In this document: one piece after another, positions 29,497 to 36,773 of the stretch
Layout of the letters: each line of letters starts with the position of its first letter
Position numbering within the stretch: position 1 is the stretch's first letter
Assembly (NCBI GenBank): GCA_002773855.1
Contig: PEZY01000012.1
Coordinates: forward strand, 297,613 to 361,612
Length of the DNA stretch: 64,000 nt
DNA from: Candidatus Buchananbacteria bacterium CG10_big_fil_rev_8_21_14_0_10_33_19
GTDB taxonomy: Bacteria > Patescibacteriota > Patescibacteriia > 2-01-FULL-39-33
Direction of reading: 5' to 3'
Position numbers and translations under genes: made by a program
The notes under the pieces: model-generated
The model's input: only the letters and a program-made list of their open reading frames with translations
What the model was told of the DNA's origin: nothing
Databases searched by the model: none

Positions 29497-31860
29497 CTAC
29501 CTTATGGTTATATTATATTCCTTTTTTAATTTATCGACAACTTTATCATGAACTTTTTGGGCTTCTGTTAGCTCTAATGTTTTATTATCATCCCGATAAT
29601 TAATTCTGATAGCCAAAGCTTTTTTGCCGGTGGGAATTTTTTCACCTTGATAAACCGATAAAAATAAAACTTGTTTTATTAAGTCATTAAAATCTTTAAC
29701 AGTATTTACAACGTCGCTGTACAAAATATCTTCTTCAATTTCCATCGAAATATCTAAATCAATCCCAGGAAATTTAGCAATTGGTTTGTAAGTTGAGCTG
29801 TCTTTAATGAATTCTGCTAACTTGGAAAAATCAATTTCAGCTAGAGCGACATTCTTTTTGATACCAAATAATTGTAAATTTTCTTTGTTTATGATACCAA
29901 TTGTTCCAATGGATTTTTCGTTGATTATAATTTCGGCTGATTCATTGCTGCTCCAGTAGAGATTAGTCTTTTTAATGGGTTGGGTGGTAAAATCTTCAAT
30001 ATTCAATTTTTGCAGGACTACTGCCAGAGCTCCTTTAACATCAAAAAACGCTTTATCTTTTGAATCCTCAGCCATGGCAATACATAAATCTGTTTTTTCA
30101 GTTGGTAGTTCTTTAGGATTATTGATGTATGATTTGCTGAGTTCAAATATTTTTAAATCACTCACCATTCTTTCATTTTCTTTAATAGATTGTAATAGGC
30201 CCGGTACCAATGAGACGCGCATATATTCAAAATCACCAGATAATGGGTTGGCTATTTTTACGTGATCATTTACATCTAAACCAGAGCTTTTAATTAATTT
30301 TTCTGAAATAAATGAATAATTAATATTTTCGCTGTAGCCTAAGCCCACTAAAGTGTCTTTGATTTTATCCTCTTGTTGAAATATTTTTTTCTGATCGTTA
30401 CCTGTTGGTAAATCGCCAGTCATTAACTTGGCTGGTAATTTATGATAACCGTAAACTCTAGCAATCTCTTCGATTAAATCATGTGGCCCCTCGATGTCAT
30501 TGTTTCTAAAATATGGCACCTCGACTTTAATGTCGCCAGTACCAGATACTTTGAAACCTAATTTTTCTAAAATAGATTTTACCTCAGCTGGTTTAATCTC
30601 TATGCCCAATATTCTTTTAATATCATCGCTTGGTAAATTAACAGTTTTAATTTTAAATGAATAACTAGACTCATCAATTAATTTTGAAGCCACTTTACCG
30701 TTAGCTAATTCAACTACCAATTCTATGGCTCTTAAAATAGCTGGTGTAGTGTTTTCTGGTGCCAAGCCCTTCTCAAATAAATTAGAGCTATCAGAATGTA
30801 AATTTAGAGCTCTGGCTGTCTTTCTAATTGATAGTTGATCAAAATTGGCTGCTTCTAAAACAATAGTCTTAGTCTCGTCGGTCGCGGCTGAAAGTTCGCC
30901 ACCCATAATACCGGCTACAGCTACAGGATCTTTTTTGTCGGCAATAACTAGCGAGTCTTCAATTAATTCATAATTTTTACCATCCAAAGCTAAAAGCTTT
31001 TCACCTTTTTTGGCACCCCTAATTATTATTTCTTGACCAGCTAATTTATTATAATCAAAAACATGCATTGGTTGGCCAAATTCTAATAAAATATAATTAG
31101 TAATATCGACTAAATTGTTAATTGGTCTAAGTCCAGCCGATAGTAATCTTTGTTGCATCCAGAGCGGTGAACTTTCAACTTTAATGTCAGTCATAACAAT
31201 CGCTTGGTAACGTGAACAGAGTTTTGATTCTTTAACACTAACATCTAATTTTAATTCTTTGTTGATTTTAAGATTTGGCTTTGATTCTTCGTAAGTAAAT
31301 TTAACATCCAAAATAGCCGAAGCTTCACGAGCTAAACCAATAATATTCATAGCGTCTGGACGATTGGAAGTGACTTCAATATCAAAAATATAATCATCTA
31401 AGTTCATCACTTTCTCTAGTGGTAGTCCAACTTTGGTGTAGGCTGGTAAAATGTAAATCCCCGTGTGATCTTCACCAATGCCTAATTCTTTTTGAGAGCA
31501 CATCATGCCAGCACTTTCGACGCCTCGTAGACTAGCCTTTTTAACTTCAAAGCCAGATACTTCCCCGCCCACTGTTACTACTGGTACTTTTTGACCGACT
31601 GCAATATTAGGAGCACCACAAACAATTTGGAGTGGTTCTTTGGCACCCACATCAACTTGGCAAACCTGTAATTTGTCAGCAGAAGCATGCTTCTCAATCG
31701 AAATGATTTCACCAATGACTACTTTTTTAAAAGTTGGTGTGAGTTCATGAATATAATCGATAGTGGGGCCACTGATAGTTAATTTTTTGGCAAAATCACG
31801 AGCACTATCTTTAGTAGTGACGTATTCTTTTAGCCAATTGTAGGAAAAATTTAGGTTCAT
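29497..31860 (-). CDS. pheT: phenylalanine--tRNA ligase beta subunit
   Basis: Start trimmed to MNLNFSYNWLKEY, the conserved PheT N-terminus; B3/4, B5 and FDX-ACB domains. Confidence 0.9.
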   Translation of the reverse strand: MNLNFSYNWLKEYVTTKDSARDFAKKLTISGPTIDYIHELTPTFKKVVIGEIISIEKHASADKLQVCQVDVGAKEPLQIVCGAPNIAVGQKVPVVTVGGEVSGFEVKKASLRGVESAGMMCSQKELGIGEDHTGIYILPAYTKVGLPLEKVMNLDDYIFDIEVTSNRPDAMNIIGLAREASAILDVKFTYEESKPNLKINKELKLDVSVKESKLCSRYQAIVMTDIKVESSPLWMQQRLLSAGLRPINNLVDITNYILLEFGQPMHVFDYNKLAGQEIIIRGAKKGEKLLALDGKNYELIEDSLVIADKKDPVAVAGIMGGELSAATDETKTIVLEAANFDQLSIRKTARALNLHSDSSNLFEKGLAPENTTPAILRAIELVVELANGKVASKLIDESSYSFKIKTVNLPSDDIKRILGIEIKPAEVKSILEKLGFKVSGTGDIKVEVPYFRNNDIEGPHDLIEEIARVYGYHKLPAKLMTGDLPTGNDQKKIFQQEDKIKDTLVGLGYSENINYSFISEKLIKSSGLDVNDHVKIANPLSGDFEYMRVSLVPGLLQSIKENERMVSDLKIFELSKSYINNPKELPTEKTDLCIAMAEDSKDKAFFDVKGALAVVLQKLNIEDFTTQPIKKTNLYWSSNESAEIIINEKSIGTIGIINKENLQLFGIKKNVALAEIDFSKLAEFIKDSSTYKPIAKFPGIDLDISMEIEEDILYSDVVNTVKDFNDLIKQVLFLSVYQGEKIPTGKKALAIRINYRDDNKTLELTEAQKVHDKVVDKLKKEYNITIR

Positions 31861-31864
31861 AAAA

Positions 31865-32965
31865 TTAAAACTGATTAATAACTCGTAAATCATTTTTGTA
31901 TAACAATCTAATATCATCGATATTCAAGCCCGATTTCATCATATAACATCTTTCTACGCCCCAACCAAAGGCAAAGCCACTATAAACCTTAGGATCAATA
32001 CCACCCGCTTTTAAGACATTAGGGTGGACCATACCGGCGCCAGCTAGTTCTAGCCAGCCTTCTTTGCAAAGCTTGCAACCCTTGCCATGACAAACACCAC
32101 AAGAGATATCTACCTCAAAACTGGGTTCGGTAAATTGAAAGTGGTGTGGTCGTAGTCTAATTTCTCTATCTTCGCCAAAAAATCTTTTAACAAAATATTC
32201 TACCGTACCCTTGAGGTGGCTTATGTTTATGTCTTTATCAATAACCAAGCCTTCAAATTGATGAAACATTGGTGAATGAGAAGCATCGATTTGACGACGA
32301 TAAGTTTTGGAAATATTAGTCATACGAATTGGCAACTCCCCTTTTTCCATTTCCCGGACTTGGCCAGATGAAGTGTGCGGGGTTAATATCCGCTGACCTA
32401 ATTTTTTATTAATTGGTTCGCGATCAATAAAAAAAGTTTCCCATTCATCACGGGCTGGATGGCCAGCTGGCATATTTAGAGCTTCAAAGCCATAATAATC
32501 CCACTCGACTTCTGGATAGCGCTCTCTTTGAAAACCAATATCTTCGAAAATACCAGATATTTCTCTGATGGCTTGCGAGACCATATGAAGATGACCAACT
32601 GGTTGTTCGGTACCAGGTAAAGTTGGGTCAAAAGCAGTGTCAGAATTATTTTTATTTCCTAAATTAGATTTAATAGTCTCTAATTTATTAGTTAAAAATT
32701 GTTTTACTTCGTTGGCTAACTTGCCGACTGCTGGCATTTCTTCTTTGGGCACACTTTTCATTTCTTTCATTAGTAGTGTTAGAACCCCACTCTTTCTGCT
32801 AAGATATTTATTTTCCAAAGATTCTAAATCAACCAAAGATTTAATTTTTTCTGCTTCATCGTTGAATTCTTTTTTTAGTGCTTCTAATTTTGCCTTCATT
32901 TTTTTGAGACTAAATAATTTAGTAATGTAGCTATTATAGTCCCAAAATTGACTTTTAGTCAACAT
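31865..32965 (-). CDS. pheS: phenylalanine--tRNA ligase alpha subunit
   Basis: Class II core with GHPARD...FEGLV motifs. Confidence 0.95.
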   Translation of the reverse strand: MLTKSQFWDYNSYITKLFSLKKMKAKLEALKKEFNDEAEKIKSLVDLESLENKYLSRKSGVLTLLMKEMKSVPKEEMPAVGKLANEVKQFLTNKLETIKSNLGNKNNSDTAFDPTLPGTEQPVGHLHMVSQAIREISGIFEDIGFQRERYPEVEWDYYGFEALNMPAGHPARDEWETFFIDREPINKKLGQRILTPHTSSGQVREMEKGELPIRMTNISKTYRRQIDASHSPMFHQFEGLVIDKDINISHLKGTVEYFVKRFFGEDREIRLRPHHFQFTEPSFEVDISCGVCHGKGCKLCKEGWLELAGAGMVHPNVLKAGGIDPKVYSGFAFGWGVERCYMMKSGLNIDDIRLLYKNDLRVINQF

Positions 32966-32989
32966 AAAAACCGCTCAAATGAGCGGTTT
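32962..32989 (-). terminator. Hairpin plus T-run whose T-tract overlaps the pheS start codon
   Basis: aaaccgctc-aaat-gagcggttt; minus-strand T-run. Confidence 0.5.
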
Positions 32990-33004
32990 AATAGTAAAAG
33001 TCAA

Positions 33005-33385
33005 TTATATTCTTTTTTTATAGCTTAAAAAGAAAAATTCTAAAACCACAACAGCGGCTACTAACAGGATGGTATTTAAGATATTTAACATTTTGGCACC
33101 TTGCAAGATTAAAATACTATCTACTAATAAAGCAAAGAAAAATGATTGCCTAAAAGAGGTGCCAACAATGCTGTATTCCAAGGAAAATTTATTGAAGGCT
33201 TTTCGAAAAGCAAAACTGGCTAAAAAGAAAGTGCCAAGGAGTGAAAATAATAAAGTTAAATAAAACAAAAGAAAACCAAAAAAATCAGTTTCGAAAGGAT
33301 TAATTTGTGAAACAATAGAAATCCAAATCACCCAGAATAAAATTGTAGCACAGGAAACAACGGTTAATAATTGCTTGATGTTCAT
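33005..33385 (-). CDS. hypothetical membrane protein
   Basis: 3 TM helices; TGcTATAAT extended -10 upstream at about 33425. Confidence 0.45.
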   Translation of the reverse strand: MNIKQLLTVVSCATILFWVIWISIVSQINPFETDFFGFLLFYLTLLFSLLGTFFLASFAFRKAFNKFSLEYSIVGTSFRQSFFFALLVDSILILQGAKMLNILNTILLVAAVVVLEFFFLSYKKRI

Positions 33386-33435
33386 AAAAAAAAATAATTT
33401 TATGTTATTAATTCTATTATAGCATAATTATTTGG

Positions 33436-33469
33436 ACAAATAAAAATCCCGTCGGTAAAGACGGGATTT
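33436..33469 (-). terminator. Rho-independent terminator closing the left end of the GC-rich island
   Basis: aaatcccgtc-ggtaaa-gacgggattt, a 10-bp perfect stem, with a minus-strand T-run. Confidence 0.65.
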
Positions 33470-33803
33470 AGAGAAGGGTGAACTGGAATGTTGTGAAACT
33501 GTATTTGAGAGAGAATCTCCAAACTAAAGTTGGAGAAATGCAATTTACAACATACCAGCATGAAATCCTTCCCTCAGTGAAAAATTATAGCACCCCTAAA
33601 AAATACAATCAATCTTTTTTTTAATTTTTCTGTGGATAAAAAAAATCTCTTCCATTGCGCCGTTAAGTTTCTAAAAATACTTAGACACTTAACGGGGAAA
33701 AAGAAGAGAGATTTTCTAGTCCTAAGACTTTAACTTCCCCGGTCAAATTAATAAGTTAATTATTAATTTGATTAGGGAGAGGAAGTATCAATGACGCCTC
33801 CTC

Positions 33804-34037
33804 TCAAATGGTTTCGACTGTGATCAGTGCCGCTTCGCTTTTTCGAATGGCAATGACACTATCATAAATTTTAAGGCGCATAGGGTCACCTAGTGGAGCA
33901 AAGCCTAAAACTTCAATCCCCGCTCCCTCAATGAAGCCCATTTCTAGTAGTCGTTGAAAGACAGCAAATACTGTTTCTTTTATTTCTACGACTATACAAA
34001 ATTGGCAGGCGTGTAACTTATCTAGAGTGGTGGTCAT
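33804..34037 (-). CDS. feoA: FeoA-family protein (orphan; no feoB present)
   Basis: RLLEMGF.EGAGIEVLGFAPLGDPMRLKI....IAIRKSEAALITVE matches the FeoA SH3-like consensus. Confidence 0.7.
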   Translation of the reverse strand: MTTTLDKLHACQFCIVVEIKETVFAVFQRLLEMGFIEGAGIEVLGFAPLGDPMRLKIYDSVIAIRKSEAALITVETI

Positions 34038-34105
34038 AATATAAAACCTCTCTTAGATGATGAGCGGGCTGACAGATTGGATCTGCAGCCCGCTAAATGT
34101 TGGGG

Positions 34106-34324
34106 TTAGACAGCTTCGGGACGAAGCTGTCTCATGAAGTCGAAGCAGTCAACTGCTCTGTCCTCAAGGACATCGGAGCGATGTACTGGACAACGAGAGC
34201 ATGGCGACGTTTCGTCTTCACAGATGAGTCCGCGTTGCAGAATTTCTTCTGCGGACAGCGTCTCCAATTCTGACATGGGATGGGCATGAGGACAATCCTC
34301 ACATTCGTTATGACACATGGCCAT
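34106..34324 (-). CDS. small Cys-rich protein (CxxxCxxC..CxxC), C-terminal DCFDF motif
   Basis: ORF in the GC-rich island; its 3' end is encoded by a perfect hairpin at 34109-34131. Confidence 0.35.
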   Translation of the reverse strand: MAMCHNECEDCPHAHPMSELETLSAEEILQRGLICEDETSPCSRCPVHRSDVLEDRAVDCFDFMRQLRPEAV

Positions 34325-34385
34325 AGCATTTCTCCTTATTCGGTTGCAATTGATCTAGTCCGAGAAATTCGGGCTAGTAAAAGAG

Positions 34386-34568
34386 CTACTGGGGATATTC
34401 CATTTCAGGGAAATGGAGGTCGAAACAGTCTGGACAATAGCCATGGCTAATGTCTCTCCTACCTTCGACGGACTGCTCTGTCCATGAGCCGTCAGTTTGA
34501 CGAACCTTTTTACATACGCAACATTGAACTACCATTGATGTACCTCCATAGTTGAATTTTCCCCACAA
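34386..34568 (-). CDS. small zinc-ribbon-like protein (CCVC...CPDC), C-terminal DCFDL motif
   Basis: ORF in the GC-rich island. Confidence 0.35.
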   Translation of the reverse strand: MWGKFNYGGTSMVVQCCVCKKVRQTDGSWTEQSVEGRRDISHGYCPDCFDLHFPEMEYPQ

Positions 34569-34648
34569 CGATACGAAGCAAGTTTGAACAAAATGGTCGG
34601 TCTCTTATAATATATATTTATTTGTACCGGTTTTGTCAAGTTTGCTTG

Positions 34649-34670
34649 TTAGTAGACCTACTAGTAAATA
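34649..34670. repeat. Inverted-repeat arm L (ttagtagacctactagtaaata)
   Basis: Partner arm at 34795-34819; about 17/20 of the aligned positions match the reverse complement. Confidence 0.5.
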
Positions 34671-34794
34671 TTTTTTGTTTATAAACTTTTATAATTTTGA
34701 GATAAATTTTTCAAATAATCTTTGCGGTTTAGAGGTTCTAAATTAAAAAGATTTTTGGAAATTTAGTCGAAATTTATAAGTTTTAACAAAAAGG

Positions 34795-34819
34795 TATTTA
34801 CTAGTGGGTCTACACCTAG
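34795..34819. repeat. Inverted-repeat arm R (tatttactagtgggtctacacctag)
   Basis: Reverse complement of arm L; the 120 bp between them is AT-rich. Confidence 0.5.
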
Positions 34820-35006
34820 CATGTCCCTCCTTCGTATCGGCGTGGAGAAAATTCTCCAATCGCCAGTTCATTAGAACAACTAATAGAGGATGACTGATGA
34901 AAAATAGATTTCATAAGGCCCTATTATGGTTGTGACCCGAAACATATAATTCGTAATTTGTTCCCTCCCCTATATGATTGTTCTAAAATAAATTTAATGT
35001 ACTCTT

Positions 35007-35120
35007 CAAAACTATCCCGTCAAATTGATTTCAATTCCCTCATAATTAACATTTTCTGGAATATTCTTTTTTAACAAGATAGTTTTGAGGAGAAATCTTT
35101 ATGGTTATTATGATTTCTCC
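35007..35120 (-). ncRNA. Structured repeat element, copy A (long-range helix plus terminal GC hairpin); strand tentative
   Basis: 5' arm caaaactatc pairs with 3' arm gatagttttg; hairpin ggagaaatc/gatttctcc. Confidence 0.4.
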
Positions 35121-35289
35121 AGATTTTGCTGGCGAGTATTATTTTCAAGTGGCATCCTCTACTGGTTGAAAAATAGTAGCCCTTTTCTCTAAATACGCAG
35201 ATCAGGCCACCAACTACTCGATAAGTGTGTAAAATTTTACCGTAACGAACTTCTAATAACTCTGATTGTGACATCTCACTATCCTCCAT
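35071..35289 (-). CDS. questionable small ORF overlapping copy A of the structured element
   Basis: From the ORF track; its C-terminus is encoded by the hairpin region. Confidence 0.15.
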   Translation of the reverse strand: MEDSEMSQSELLEVRYGKILHTYRVVGGLICVFREKGYYFSTSRGCHLKIILASKIWRNHNNHKDFSSKLSC

Positions 35290-35300
35290 GGTTTTTTACC

Positions 35301-35420
35301 AGAACTATCCAGTCAATCGATTTTATTCCCTCCTTTGTATTTTTTATAAATCAAGAAATGGAACCCTCATATTGACAAGATAGTTTTGGTGAGGAGCACG
35401 AGTTCAATGTCGTGCTCCTC
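35301..35420 (-). ncRNA. Structured repeat element, copy B
   Basis: Arms agaactatccagtcaat / attgacaagatagttttgg; hairpin gaggagcacga/tcgtgctcctc. Confidence 0.4.
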
Positions 35421-35427
35421 TGTATCT

Positions 35428-35631
35428 TTACCTCCACGGTTGGTGGTAAAGACATGTTCCGTGGTGTTCGCGCATCATAAACACCACGGAAAGGTCCATT
35501 GACAATTTTCTGGCTACCTTAACAGCCCCAACAAAACTGTCAAATACATAGATAAAGTCTATGCAATCGCAGGTGTAACCAAATACTGTATACATAAATT
35601 TCTCCTCTCGTTGTTGAAATGTACTACCCAA
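35428..35631 (-). CDS. small Cys-containing ORF (likely start MYTVFGYTCDCIDF...), preceded by copy C of the structured element and a GAGGAG Shine-Dalgarno
   Basis: SD gagaggag 8 nt upstream of the internal Met; shares the GYxCDCxDF motif with ORF 34386-34568. Confidence 0.3.
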   Translation of the reverse strand: MGSTFQQREEKFMYTVFGYTCDCIDFIYVFDSFVGAVKVARKLSMDLSVVFMMREHHGTCLYHQPWR

Positions 35632-35733
35632 AACTATCTAGCCAATCCCGTAAATCCTCTAAATTGATTTAAGTAGAATCAGCAGATTAGCGAGATGGTT
35701 TTGGGAGGGGCTGGACATCACAGGTCCAGCCCC
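35629..35733 (-). ncRNA. Structured repeat element, copy C
   Basis: 21-nt arms cccaaaactatctagccaatc / gattagcgagatggttttggg; hairpin ggggctggac/gtccagcccc. Confidence 0.4.
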
Positions 35734-36736
35734 AGAAAGGTTGAGTGCGCATGGACAACACACCCAAGAATGAAGATTGTCGGATCAAAGATCCTTATCA
35801 GGGCGACGCATCTAGATAACTAGCTGCCGCCCTTATAAGGAGCTTCGAATCTTTTTAACAAGAGATTAAAAGATTCACTCCCTTAAAACAAAAGAACCCT
35901 GGTTGGAGAGAGAGGGTTCCTTTGCGGTGACCACTATAATAAATATACTGGTGGTTTTTTCTCTCTCCTTATTGTGCTAGCATTATATCATATAACAGTA
36001 ATCTTGTCAAGTATATTGCTGGTTTTTTGCTAAAAATTAGCTAAAATTAGCTAATATTATAAACTTGTCAATATGATAAAATTGTGATGTAATATAGTTT
36101 TATGAAATTTAGTTACTTAGTATTTCTTATATTCGTTATTCAATGAGTTATATATCTTATCTCTTTCTATCTGTTACTTTTGTACCGCCAAAAGTAACCA
36201 AAAGCTCGCAAACGTAAAAAATCATGGCAATTTTATATCAGCTCGCTAGAGCCAATTAAACAAAACAGCGACCTAATAATTGTCTCTAACGCTCGCCTTG
36301 ATATAAAATTGACACAATATTTTTTAATGTTTGCATTTTTTATAATAAATATATAAATAAATTCGAGCATATGAAAAATTAAGTAGAAAAACAATAATAA
36401 ATTAAGCGTTTGTGAGTTGTCTACGAACAAATTTTTCGCATGTCTGAGCCATTTTCGACCTATCTAAATAAATAGAAAATGGTGAGTTCGGAAAATAGCG
36501 AAGATTTATTATAGTTTTTCCTTAATTTTATCATCGCTCGTAGTTTTTGTGTTACTTTTTGCTATCAAAAAGTGACGAGAAAAGTTATTAAAAAATGAGA
36601 TTGCTTCTTACCTCGCAATGACGTTTGTAGATGGAGTGTAAAGTAATAGAAATAAAGAAAATAATCTCTCTACCTCCCCCACCCGTATAGTTGCGGTCGA
36701 TATGACATGATAAAATAAAATAAAATTATAGATAAA

Positions 36737-36765
36737 AAAGACTAGTCATATGACTAGTCTTTTAA
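36737..36765. terminator. Perfect palindromic hairpin; bidirectional terminator downstream of the helicase-nuclease gene
   Basis: aaaagactagtcatatgactagtctttt. Confidence 0.65.
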
Positions 36766-36773
36766 AAGCATAA

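Noticed and set aside
34886-34905. CUGAUGA box suggesting a hammerhead ribozyme
   Set aside because: There is no adjacent stem II or GAAA and no cleavage-site triplet context. Chance occurrence.
36233-36430. 65-aa minus-strand ORF in the AT-rich spacer
   Set aside because: No SD, Phe/Ile-rich composition typical of AT-rich noise, and embedded in the hairpin-rich non-coding region.
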